DNA of 64,000 nucleotides from contig JABDCB010000003.1 of assembly GCA_013288325.1 (NCBI GenBank), forward strand, positions 26,015 to 90,014. The letters run 5' to 3'. Numbering within the stretch: the stretch's first letter is position 1; each line of letters opens with the position of its first letter. Origin of the DNA: Bacteroidota bacterium (GTDB lineage Bacteria > Bacteroidota > Bacteroidia > Palsa-965). This document shows positions 17,458 through 28,000 of this stretch, piece by piece. Under the pieces are notes generated by a model, which did not search any database, was not told where the DNA came from, and saw only the letters and a program-made list of their open reading frames with translations. The position numbers and the translations under genes are program-made.

Positions 17458-20400
17458 TCAGTGTGTTCCCCTGGCTTCAGATAAAGAGATCTTTTTACCG
17501 TCCCTGAAAGCAAGAATAAAAGCATCGGGAATGCCTTTGGCTATGGCTTCCTGTTTCAAAAACTGGGCATCTTCAAAATTCCGTACGCTTCCTATGGTAA
17601 AGACGGTAAGTCCGTTTTCATCTTTTGAATTACGTACCCCCCGTTTGGAAAGCAACAGGAATTTATTGGCGATATCAAGTGGCACTTCATCATGGAATGC
17701 ACCAATCTGTACCTTGTAAACCACGCCTGTATCACTCTTTGTCATTTCAATTTCCTTGTTGTCAAAACGACTGTAATCAGGAGCAGCTCCCGTATTCACC
17801 ACTGCAGAAGAAGGCAGCTGATTCACGCCGGATACCGACGGTGGTGTTACCACCGGGTTTTCATGTACCGGCTCCGGATTGGTGACCGCTCCTCCACCGG
17901 TATTCACCGGCTCCACAGGAGAAGGTGATGGTGCAGGCGTAACAACAGAAGCCCCTCCGGCACCCAGCTTTTTTGCCTCATCAACACTCAACCGTTTGCC
18001 GTTATAGTAGGCCACAATAAATGCATCTTTTACTCCAAGGGCAATCATCTTGGCTCTGGCAGACTCGGCTGTTGTCAGGTTTGCATATTGACCGGTGGTA
18101 TAACGCATATTGCCATTGGCCATCTTTTCCGAATTCAAAGGCTGTATACCATGTAGTTTTTCATTGCTTACCGGATTGGAGAACACTCCTACCTGCACAG
18201 CATAAAACAATCCCTGTATAGTAGCTACATTGGTGGTTTTGGCAATGGCACCAGGGTTTTCATGACTGATGGCAGGCAATACATTATCCGAATGCTCCGT
18301 AGTAGCGGTATGTGGTGGTTCTGTTACATCGGTAGTACCGGTAGCAACACCTGCGGCAAGGCTATCTTTCTTAATCTTGTTACGCGGCTGTGGAACCGGG
18401 AAACCTGCAGGGTTTACGCCACTGGTATTATCCGATATAGGCGCCGACGGATTCTTAATCATGGCCATTGCATCATTTACGGAAATACGTTTTCCGTTAT
18501 AGAAAGCCACAATAAATGCATCATTGAAACCCAGTGAGCGAATATCGTTCTTCGCCTTATCAGCAGCTTCGAAATGTGTAAAGACACCCGCTGTATACCG
18601 GTAAAAACCTTGTGGGGTTGTTTCTGCAGTAAGCGGGTTAAGACCTTTGAACTTATCGCCAGACATTTCATGACGGAAAGCACCTATCTGTACTTTGAAC
18701 AATAAACCATCCGGCAACTTCGGATCTACCGGTATACGCTTAGGAACGGATTCCACTGCGGTAATCATGAAAGACTCCCCTGCCCCTATCTTAACAGGTT
18801 CTGTATCTGTTGCCGGGTGAACTGCAGCTGTTTCATGGCTTTCTGTTTTACCCGGATTGGCCGGATTAGTTGTATGGGTAGTATGAGGCTTTGTTGCTGT
18901 GGCAACGGTTTCATGTGTTTCAGTCTTACCTGGTTTAACAGGCTTAACAGGTGTAGCACTATGATCTACAGGAGGTGTTCCGGAAGCAGCGGTTTCATGT
19001 GTTTCCGTTTTGCCCGGATTAACAGGAGTATCAGTATGATCTACAGGAGGTGTTCCGGAAGCAGCGGTTTCATGTGTTTCCGTTTTGCCCGGATTAACAG
19101 GAGTAGCAGTATGATCTACAGGAGGTGTTCCGGAAGTAACGGTTTCATGCGTTTCGGTCTTGCCTGGGTTCACCGGTGTAGCGGTATGATCTACAGGAGG
19201 TGTTCCGGAGGCAATGGCTTCATGTGTTTCATGAGTTTCATGAGTTTCTGTCTTCACCGGATTTCCGTCACCCGATGATTTGTCTATAGCAGGAGTTCCT
19301 GACGTTAAATCATTTTTATGATCCGGAACAGCTGCCGTAAGGACCGGATTCAGCTCCTTTTCTACCATTGCAACCATGGTTGCTTTTGATTCCTGATCCA
19401 TAGAAGCCAATATCTCATCACTCTTATTTCTGGTGGTTGTTATTTTGTTGTTCCGGTCCCGGGCAATGGCACGGGCCGAATCTGCGCTGTAATAATTTCT
19501 ATCTGCAAGATCCTCATATTCTTTTGCTTTATTGATCGAAGCTGTTTTTGAAGCGGCATCCGGCTGAGAAACGGTATCCTTCATCAGTCTACCATATTCT
19601 CTCATGTATTCCTGTGCCTGCAACTGATATTTATCGGCCGTTTTATTGTTCGACGTAACCACTACCTGGTCGGCATCTATCTGTTCTTTCAGCTTTACGT
19701 AATTTTTATAGGGTTCCGATTGTTTCAGCTTTTCTTCTCTCGCAGTTTGCTGTGCCTGCAATTCTTTGGCATGCGCTACCGAATCTGTTCCTGTAGCAAC
19801 AGGATTGGTTCCTGAGGAAGTTGGTTGGGTTTTATTTATATCCGTTTTAACAGATTCTGTTGCTGTAGCAGCATCTGTTTTATTCACACCGGTGGCAACG
19901 GCATCTTTAACCGGTTCCGGTTGTGTAATTTTTAAACCAGGATAAGCGGCAGCATACAGATCCATTGCTTTTTCCTGATTGCTGATAGCCTTTTTCTCAT
20001 TTTCTTCTGCCCCTTTCAATGACTCTTCTCTTGCATAATCACTGATACTTTTATCTGCATCAGACCGCAGCTTTACTGCTTTTTCATGGTATGCTTTGGA
20101 AGCATCATTCATTGCTTCGGCCTGCGTAAGTGAAGGATTGGATTCAGCGCCCGGTTGTGTACTATACTGTTTCAGCTTCTGATCATTAACCGAATATTCT
20201 GCGACTCCTGCATCACTTTCCGATTTTATCGCACCCAGTTCCTTTTTCTTTGCCTGATCTTTCAACCCGGAAGCTTCCTTCAATTTCTGATCGCGGGCAT
20301 CGCCCTGCAGTGTATTGGCAACAGTGGCAACTGAGTCGGCCTTTCTGTTCAGCACCATAGCATCCCACTCTTGCAGTGTTTTTTGTTTATCGCTGGCAAC

Positions 20401-23400
20401 AGCCTGGGGCGATTTAAAGTCCGAATGCACAAGAGCCGTATCGGGTGGTCCTTGTTTTTCTGCAGTAGTTGGAGCATATCCCTTCTTTTTGGCTATCGAT
20501 TCATCCAGGCGGCGGGCGGCAGCTTGTTTTCCAACCTGCTCTGTTTCCAGATCGGCAATAGTCTGTTCCTCTGCTTTTTTCTTGTCCGGATCTTTTATGC
20601 CATCCAGATTTCCTTTCCGTGTATCAATATCTTTCTGAATAGCTACGGACCAGTTTTTATACAAAACAGATTTGGCTGAATCCTTGGAATCCTGATTCCG
20701 GAGCGAATCGCTTTCTTCCAGTTTGTTTGTAAAATCAGTTTCATAAGCCGTATGGCTTGCCAGCACAGGAGCCGGTGTATGATCGTCTTTCTTCAGCTTT
20801 TCGGAGGCAGTCCTGTTTTCCTTTTCCAGTTTTTCTTTTTCATCGGCCTCTTTTTCCAGCTCTTTAATTTCCTTTTTCAACTCCTTCTTCTCTTCCGGTA
20901 CTGAAGTCTGTTTCAGCTCTTCTTTTTTGGTAGCAATATCAGTCCGGATAGCGGCAGTCCATTCCTTATAAACATCGGCTTTAGCTTCCGCTTTTTCAAA
21001 AGGGCGACCGGCAGAATCACCTGCTACCACACGTTGCTGATACTTGGCTGCATATGCAGGTGCTTTGGCAGTGGATGCGGCGGTACCAGTGCTGTCCGCT
21101 TTTTTCACTTCAACGGCTGTAGCAGTAGCAGGGATACTGTCTGTCTTTTTAACAGCTACAGGTGTAGTACTTTCCGTTTTTAGTTTTGAAGCTGAAGCTG
21201 CGGTAGTGGTTGCCAACTCCTGTTTTTCCTGCTGATCTTTTACAAGTATGGCAATATCATCTTCCAGTTTTTTCTTTTTGGAGGGTTCATCCGTATTTTT
21301 CAGTTCGGTGGTTTTCTTTTCAATGGCCGTATTCAGATCATCCGACCAGGCTTTGTAGACATCTGCTTTTGCCTGTTCTTTTTCAGCAGTACCCGTACGG
21401 GCCGAAGCATCAGCCAATGTCTGCGTATAACGGGCATCGATAGCCGGAGCAGAAACCAACGAATCGGATGATTTGGCAGAAGCTGGTGTTACAGGGCCGG
21501 TGCTTGTTGTTTTATCTGTCTGTTTGCTTGTGGCTCCATCACCAGAGGGTGCAGGAACGGTACCGGCTATAGAGGTACCGGTTGTTTTATCAGAGCCTGT
21601 GCCTGATGCAGCTTGGTGGGTACTATCCATTTTTGTAGTAGCAGTACCCGATGTTTTATCCAGGGGTGCTTCATACGTTACCGTACGTGCTCCATGTGTA
21701 CTGTCCGATCCTGCAGACTGGTCATTAGCAGGTGAAGTTGCTTTGGGGTGATATGCACTGATCTGTTCGTTCAGCTTATCCTTGTCGATAGAACCATCGC
21801 TGGCAGTTACCTGACCGGATTTTATTTTTTCATTCATCTGATGAACCAGATAAGCCTGGTTGTTCAGATTCTCCGCTTCTTTCTGTAATTTTCCAAGGGT
21901 AAGATCGTTCGCGGCCAGATCACGTTCCTTCGCTTTTATCTCTTCCCTTAATCCGTTAATCTGGTTGTCAATTCCTTCTTTAAGCTGATCGTTTTTTGTT
22001 TCCCCTCTTTCATGATCAAGATTAATGATTTCCGCCCCTATACCGCTAATATCATCTTTTAGTTTGGACGACTCGTCTCTTGCCTTGCTTACGTCCTGCT
22101 GTTTAGCTGCAGCATCACGGCGGATAGAAGCTTCCACATCATCAGCTCCGGATTTTTCTTCACTGAGTTTATCAATGGCTTCTTTTTGCGCATCCAATTT
22201 CTGCATGGCATCTTTTGATTTGGAACGGATGGCATCGGCCAGGTCTTTTGCATATTGTGCGCTTAACTCGCTTTCTTTCTGTTTCTTGGTTGCATCGGCA
22301 TCCAGACTGCGGTAAAAACTATTGGCAGCCACAGCTTCCGTTTGTGCTGTATTGGCCTGTACTTCCAGTGCATCGGCCCGGGCTTGTTCTATCTGTTTCT
22401 GACTCGGATCAGTAGTAGCATCAGTGGTAGCCGTTGCCTCCTGTAACTTTTTGTTCAGATCCAGTACTTTTTCATTTTTTTCATTTACCAATACCAATGC
22501 TTTATCAGCTGTTTCTCTGGCATCTTTGGCTTCTTTATCAATATCCAGTGCATCCTGTTCTGCAATCTTTATCAGATCGTCATTGGTCAGATTCTTATGT
22601 CCTTTGGTACCGGCTACCGCCGAAGAATCTGTTTTGGGTGTGGTGTCTTGTTTTTCGGCCGTAGTAGAAGCACCCGCATCCTTGCTCATGTTTACATCCA
22701 GCTTCGCCTTATCACGTATCAGCTCCATGGCCAGGCTGTAGTTATCATCATCCGGATTGGCTTGCCCGAAAAAGGTGTTCAGGTGCATTTTACCGTCTGT
22801 ATACGCTATTTCCTGACGGATAGGCACGGTTTCAAACTGCTGGGGAATAATCAGTACATCCGACTGGATATCCCCTTCCGGTGTTTCCACCGTAATAAGG
22901 AATTTACCGCCATTAGGCAGGTTAAGGCTATACCCTCCGTCTCCATCACCGGCGCGAACGACAGCTTCCACCTCATTCACATCCACATTTTTGACAGTGA
23001 TTTTAGCTGCTTTGCCCTGATCCGTTTTTTGCGGTATAAACGTGCCCCTGAATACACAAACATCTACCGGGCGACGTTGCAGATTAATGTGATAGACATC
23101 TATTCGGCCCTGTTCACTAGCCCTGCGCGAAGCGAAATAGGCATTTTTCTCATCCTTATCGGTAACAAACATGATATCATCATCGGGGCTATTGATGGCG
23201 AAATCCACATTTACCGGTTTACCCCAGGTGCCCGTTTCCTCATTTCGTTCGGATTTAAAAATATCATATCCTCCCATACTGTTATGACCTTTGGAAGCGA
23301 AATACAAGACCTTGCCATTGGGATGCAGAAACGGATAGTCCTCATCAAACTCTGTATTGATAGGATAACCCAGGGAAACCGGTTTACCATATTCACCGCT

Positions 23401-24159
23401 TGGCAGACGTTTGATGACATAGATATCTTTGCCATTTTCATCGCTGTTGCCATAGCTTGAAAAATAGATTTCATTCTTATCCGGAGAAAGGAAGATAATG
23501 GAGTTCTCTTTCTTTTTCTTATCCAATGGAGTTTTGAATTCATCCGGTTTAACAAGGAGACGCCCTCCGATATCGGAGAGGTCGTAGGAACGGAAAAAAT
23601 CTTTATCATCCAGACTTTTCTTGTCCAGCACTTGTATATCCGTAATTTTTCTCAGCAGGGTCTTTCCGTTTTTACAGGTTTCGATCATATGATCTACCTG
23701 CATCTTTTTTGCTTCTTTTTCGGAAACCAGTGATTTGTATTTGCTGTATTGAGCAATAGCATCATTAAAGCGATAGTTGATTTGCAGGGCACGGCCATAA
23801 TAGAAGAATACTTCTTTATCAACCGAAGGGTCTTTGGTACCCTTTTCCAGGTATTTAACAGCTTCTTCTTTTTCGGGTGAGGCAAAAATCAAACATACTC
23901 CGTAGTGATAGTTGTAGTCGGGGTCCTTGATATCAACACTTAAAAGACGGGAATAGAGTTTGATAGCAACGCCATAGTCTTCTTCTTCAAAAGCTTTACG
24001 CGCATCTTTACGAAGCTCCGATACGGAACCAATGTCATTTTGAGCCAAAAAAGTAGAATGAACCCCGAAGAACAGTCCCAGAAAAATAATTACGTAAGAA
24101 CTTGTTCTGTTAGACATAGAGCATATTCGCCCAAAAGTACCTGTTTCCGGGGCGATCAA
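17458..24159 (-). CDS. Giant (2233 aa) exported multidomain protein: N-terminal TPR + PD40/TolB-like beta-propeller module, about 1000-aa K/E/A/T-rich coiled-coil/low-complexity region, 26-aa His-Glu-Thr-rich tandem repeats, three C-terminal SPOR-like domains
   Basis: Signal/TM (VIIFLGLFFGVHSTFLAQ). TPR-like YxxALxxY motifs. PD40-like repeats (EIYFSS...GKDIYV, VLYFAS...GGYDIF, AYFAS...GRIDVY). Repeated about 70-aa 'AKADVYK.W...I..DI..KK.ELK' segments. 5 x GTPPVDHTATPVNPGKTETHETxxS. Three VQIGAF...Y(R)YT.G.F......A......G(F).DAFIVA modules matching the SPOR domain pattern. Confidence 0.8.
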   Translation of the reverse strand: MIAPETGTFGRICSMSNRTSSYVIIFLGLFFGVHSTFLAQNDIGSVSELRKDARKAFEEEDYGVAIKLYSRLLSVDIKDPDYNYHYGVCLIFASPEKEEAVKYLEKGTKDPSVDKEVFFYYGRALQINYRFNDAIAQYSKYKSLVSEKEAKKMQVDHMIETCKNGKTLLRKITDIQVLDKKSLDDKDFFRSYDLSDIGGRLLVKPDEFKTPLDKKKKENSIIFLSPDKNEIYFSSYGNSDENGKDIYVIKRLPSGEYGKPVSLGYPINTEFDEDYPFLHPNGKVLYFASKGHNSMGGYDIFKSERNEETGTWGKPVNVDFAINSPDDDIMFVTDKDEKNAYFASRRASEQGRIDVYHINLQRRPVDVCVFRGTFIPQKTDQGKAAKITVKNVDVNEVEAVVRAGDGDGGYSLNLPNGGKFLITVETPEGDIQSDVLIIPQQFETVPIRQEIAYTDGKMHLNTFFGQANPDDDNYSLAMELIRDKAKLDVNMSKDAGASTTAEKQDTTPKTDSSAVAGTKGHKNLTNDDLIKIAEQDALDIDKEAKDARETADKALVLVNEKNEKVLDLNKKLQEATATTDATTDPSQKQIEQARADALEVQANTAQTEAVAANSFYRSLDADATKKQKESELSAQYAKDLADAIRSKSKDAMQKLDAQKEAIDKLSEEKSGADDVEASIRRDAAAKQQDVSKARDESSKLKDDISGIGAEIINLDHERGETKNDQLKEGIDNQINGLREEIKAKERDLAANDLTLGKLQKEAENLNNQAYLVHQMNEKIKSGQVTASDGSIDKDKLNEQISAYHPKATSPANDQSAGSDSTHGARTVTYEAPLDKTSGTATTKMDSTHQAASGTGSDKTTGTSIAGTVPAPSGDGATSKQTDKTTSTGPVTPASAKSSDSLVSAPAIDARYTQTLADASARTGTAEKEQAKADVYKAWSDDLNTAIEKKTTELKNTDEPSKKKKLEDDIAILVKDQQEKQELATTTAASASKLKTESTTPVAVKKTDSIPATATAVEVKKADSTGTAASTAKAPAYAAKYQQRVVAGDSAGRPFEKAEAKADVYKEWTAAIRTDIATKKEELKQTSVPEEKKELKKEIKELEKEADEKEKLEKENRTASEKLKKDDHTPAPVLASHTAYETDFTNKLEESDSLRNQDSKDSAKSVLYKNWSVAIQKDIDTRKGNLDGIKDPDKKKAEEQTIADLETEQVGKQAAARRLDESIAKKKGYAPTTAEKQGPPDTALVHSDFKSPQAVASDKQKTLQEWDAMVLNRKADSVATVANTLQGDARDQKLKEASGLKDQAKKKELGAIKSESDAGVAEYSVNDQKLKQYSTQPGAESNPSLTQAEAMNDASKAYHEKAVKLRSDADKSISDYAREESLKGAEENEKKAISNQEKAMDLYAAAYPGLKITQPEPVKDAVATGVNKTDAATATESVKTDINKTQPTSSGTNPVATGTDSVAHAKELQAQQTAREEKLKQSEPYKNYVKLKEQIDADQVVVTSNNKTADKYQLQAQEYMREYGRLMKDTVSQPDAASKTASINKAKEYEDLADRNYYSADSARAIARDRNNKITTTRNKSDEILASMDQESKATMVAMVEKELNPVLTAAVPDHKNDLTSGTPAIDKSSGDGNPVKTETHETHETHEAIASGTPPVDHTATPVNPGKTETHETVTSGTPPVDHTATPVNPGKTETHETAASGTPPVDHTDTPVNPGKTETHETAASGTPPVDHSATPVKPVKPGKTETHETVATATKPHTTHTTNPANPGKTESHETAAVHPATDTEPVKIGAGESFMITAVESVPKRIPVDPKLPDGLLFKVQIGAFRHEMSGDKFKGLNPLTAETTPQGFYRYTAGVFTHFEAADKAKNDIRSLGFNDAFIVAFYNGKRISVNDAMAMIKNPSAPISDNTSGVNPAGFPVPQPRNKIKKDSLAAGVATGTTDVTEPPHTATTEHSDNVLPAISHENPGAIAKTTNVATIQGLFYAVQVGVFSNPVSNEKLHGIQPLNSEKMANGNMRYTTGQYANLTTAESARAKMIALGVKDAFIVAYYNGKRLSVDEAKKLGAGGASVVTPAPSPSPVEPVNTGGGAVTNPEPVHENPVVTPPSVSGVNQLPSSAVVNTGAAPDYSRFDNKEIEMTKSDTGVVYKVQIGAFHDEVPLDIANKFLLLSKRGVRNSKDENGLTVFTIGSVRNFEDAQFLKQEAIAKGIPDAFILAFRDGKKISLSEARGTH
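18830..19260. repeat. Near-identical 78-bp tandem repeats (about 5.5 copies) inside the giant CDS
   Basis: 'gtttcatgtgtttccgttttgcccggattaacaggagt..cagtatgatctacaggaggtgttccggaagcagcg' recurs with a 78-bp period. It encodes the THETHE/GTPPVDHTATPVNPGKTE repeats. Confidence 0.85.
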
Positions 24160-24235
24160 GGTTAATTGACAAAGTTAGGTATTTTGACCGATAGATGCCG
24201 GGAGCAGGCTTTTTCCATAAATTCCGGAAGGAGTA

Positions 24236-24889
24236 TTATTTGAGAAAAACACCCTGCTTTTTCTTTAGCAACTGGGTTTTACTTTCCTGGCGTTTGATCA
24301 AACGCTCAATGTTTTTCTGATGCGTGATGAGGATAAGGATAGCAATGAGGAAAGAGAATACGACGAGGGAAGGAACCACGGTGGTATTAAAGAAAACCAT
24401 GATGATAAACGGAAATGTAAAACCGGCGGACATGGATCCCAGTGATACGTAACCGGAAGCCAGGAAAACAGCAACAAATACCAGGATGGCTACAGCTGAT
24501 GCCGCGGGTTGGATGGCCAACATAATGCCCAGCAGGGTAGCGATTCCTTTTCCACCCCGAAAACCGGCAAAAAGAGGGAAAATATGACCAATGAGAGCTG
24601 CAAGACCCAATACAATCTGCATGTTTACATAAGGGGCGGTACCGGGAGCATCATCCAGCAGGTAATAAGTCATATTAACCGCAACCCAGCCTTTAAGGAT
24701 ATCCAGAATAAGAACGGGAACCCCCGCTTTCTTACCCAATACCCGGAATGTATTGGTGGCACCGGCATTGCCGCTACCAAACTCCCTGACATCTACTCCA
24801 TAGAACATTTTCCCGATCCACACTGCTGAAGGAAATGATCCCAACAAATAGGCAAGTAGGAGGGCTGATACGGTAATCGGTGTTATCAT
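24236..24889 (-). CDS. plsY: Glycerol-3-phosphate acyltransferase PlsY
   Basis: 217 aa. GSGNAGATN...GGKG motifs, multi-TM. Confidence 0.9.
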   Translation of the reverse strand: MITPITVSALLLAYLLGSFPSAVWIGKMFYGVDVREFGSGNAGATNTFRVLGKKAGVPVLILDILKGWVAVNMTYYLLDDAPGTAPYVNMQIVLGLAALIGHIFPLFAGFRGGKGIATLLGIMLAIQPAASAVAILVFVAVFLASGYVSLGSMSAGFTFPFIIMVFFNTTVVPSLVVFSFLIAILILITHQKNIERLIKRQESKTQLLKKKQGVFLK

Positions 24890-25047
24890 CGGTTCGTTTA
24901 AGTGTTCAGAATCCGGCTATTAGATTCTCAAATATAACAATTTTTGATAAAACGCCAGCGTTCTTTGATCAAAATGATGATAACAAAAGAGTGTTCATAA
25001 TCGGGCATCAGGAGCCGCTTTCAGGAGCCATTATATGATATAAGTGC

Positions 25048-28000
25048 CTAATTTTCACCAGCATTAACCTTCTTTAGCCACAATTTCGGGGTTTGAGGCT
25101 GACCCAAAATGAAGCGGTAGCTTCCTTTATCACCCTTGGTTTCCCGTTTGTCTGATTTGAGGTTTTTAATCACCGCATTCCAGGTATCATCCGATGAAAT
25201 CGCATTCATAATATGGCTATTAGCATTGTATTCGAAATAGAACCATTTTCCGTCTTCTATCTGCAGGTAAATATGCAGGACATCCCCTGTTTTCTTTCTT
25301 TCCAGGGCTATTTTACCATCCAGGAGCTTATTGAGCTGATTTTTGTTGATGTTTCCTACACCGATTTTTCCGGATGAAACAAAAGACCTTGTCTTCTGAT
25401 TCCACCTCATTTTAACATCGGTAAAGAGGAAGGTAGTTTTAAGTTCATCGGGGAACTTTTTGATTTTGCCATACAGGTTGACATCCGAGATAGCTTTATC
25501 TGCCTTTTCTTTTCCGATAAGTTCACGAAGCCCCTTCTCATATACGGGACGGGAGAAATCCGTTGAAGGCAGATCCGTTTTGGCGGTAATAGCATCTGCA
25601 ATTTTATCCATCAACCCGTCATCAAAGAAGAAATCAGTTGAAATCATCAAATCAAAAGCGGTAGAATCGGGAACCAGATAATGGGTTGCCGTACCTACCG
25701 GAGTGATAGTAACCATTCCAAGATCGGCTCCGAGGTTCATCTTACCCTCCCCTTTCAATACACAGGTATTAACATGGAGACTTACAAAATTACCCGGCAG
25801 ATTTCGTTCAATCAGCTTTTCCTTGTTAGATACTTTATACTCTCCTGTGTTTTTATCAAAAATCAGGAATCCATCAGCAGTAAGCACTTCCACGTCATTT
25901 TTATTCTTTCTGCGGGAAACGAATGCCGAATACACGTGGGTGGAGTCGGTTGTACTCATTACACCAACAGCAATTGGTTTGCCATTCTGATCCACAGGAT
26001 CAGCACTGATCGGAATCATGATTGCATTCGGATCGATCTGAGCCTTGAACTGGAACCAGGTTTTGTTCACCATATCACAGGAATGCTGGATACGGGTAAC
26101 CCCATCAAAAATCAGGAATGATTCGGATGCCAGCAGCTTGACTTTACCGTTAAAGTCGAACCGGGGACTAAGTGTAAACTTGGCGCTTTCGGGAACGGTT
26201 GTTTCTGCATAGGTCTGGGCAGTAGTATCAACCTGTACGTTTGAGAAATAGAGTGTCTGCTTAGCCTTTGTCTCATCTATATAATCATACGATGCCGACC
26301 CGGAATAACTCTTGCGGGCAAAAATATTGATATTGGCATTATACATCTTATGGTGTTTGGTAACGGTATTAGCCAATATCCTGGCATTGGTAAGCGGCCG
26401 GATATAGGCTTCTTTTTCAATTGTTACATTACCACTATCCGGGAAAATACGGGCATCCGCGACATTGATATACACCACTTCTTTGGCGGCAATGACATGC
26501 TTTCTCAGATCGTATTTTGCCGAAGGAGCCACAAAGCGTAAGGAATCCTGCTTGGGGTGAACCGAGATAAATTCGGGCCCTTGTAAATCAAGATCGGCAG
26601 CTATATCGGTAACCTTGGGATTCGGCTTTTTGTTTCCGGAATTAATATCAATGGTTTCCTTATCCATAAACCATTTGAAATTATCCATATAACAGATATA
26701 CTGGTTGATCGGGAATTTTACGATAGACCCTTTACCGTTTGAAGCAAAGTCTCCGGTTCTTGAATCAAAGTCTATATGCGCCTTTACATTATCCGTGGCA
26801 AAAGAAAGCTCTTTGAATCCTTCCGATTTCAAAGCAAAATTGGCGGTATCGGAATCGAACTTATTCTGTTTAAACTTCATCAGAGGAGCGTTCATCTCCG
26901 CATTTCCAAAGTCTATTTTTCCATCACCCGTCAGCATCTGAGGGGTCAGATCCAGACGACCATGAAAACGAGTCTGCCCGTTATACATATTAAAGGTGCT
27001 GTCTCTGTCATAGGTTTGCATCACATCTTTATGCGGCATCCAATGCATATATATTTTGGAGGATGTAACAGCGGGAAACTCATTCTTCCCTCCTTTCACC
27101 TCCTTGACTACGTATGACGTAGCAAGGGTATTGGTTGAATCCGGATAAAAATGAAAGTCCTTGGATGTTGTAACAGAGGTAACATACTCAATCGTTCCAT
27201 CCCCTCTTAAGCCTTCATTGCTAAGCTTGATTTTGTCATTAAATTTTCCTTTCCCTCCATACATCGGAAATCCTCCCGGAGGCGCTGCACGTTCAAAACC
27301 AAGTGAATAATCGGCTTGTAAAACAAGGGTCTCTTTGAAGTCAGGAAAAATTCCTGCTGATGATAACTGACCTTTAAAGTTCAGACCGGCATTGGAAAAA
27401 TTATCCAGCGAGTCGATGGAAAATGGCTCCAGTTTGAAATAGAATTTATCCCTTCCGTAAACTCCTTTCTGAATACTTTTCTTATCATAGTAGGCAAAGG
27501 ATTCTTTCTTACTGTTAAAGATCGGGTATTGAGCCAGGTTGGCACTGAATATACCTGATTTATTTCCAGGGTGGTCAATCAGCAGATCTCCGTTGATATC
27601 CTCTACCACCGTTTTACAAGGCACCTGTACAGCTTTACCAAAAGGATCCAGGTCTTTACTGTCCACCGTCATCCTTAGGGAATCCACGTTATTCAGATTT
27701 ACTTTAAACTGGTCATAATCAAATGAAAACTCTTTTCCGAAAAATTCAAACTTACCTGCCTTAACCCTTCCAGCGAAATTGTAATTTCTGTTTTTCTTCA
27801 ATACAATTTCTCTGTTTTTGGGATAGATAACCACATTTTGGGAATCGCTCATCAGGATTTCTGAAACACCGTGAATCGTCATATCATAGTTAAGCAGATT
27901 GATACTGGCATTAATGGTAGAGGATGGCACATTGGAATAAAATTCAATGATGTCATAATCCAGCCTGTTCATATTATTGGAGATATAGTTGAACAATTTA

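Noticed and set aside
18817-19278. ORF 18817..19278 (+) 153 aa
   Set aside because: It is an antisense translation of the 78-bp tandem repeat inside the giant gene (repeating MIYRRCSGSSGFMCFRFARINRS).
22597-23460. ORF 22597..23460 (+) 287 aa
   Set aside because: It is antisense within the N-terminal PD40/TPR-encoding part of the giant gene. It has no start context and is Ile/Phe-rich, typical of antisense AT-skewed frames.
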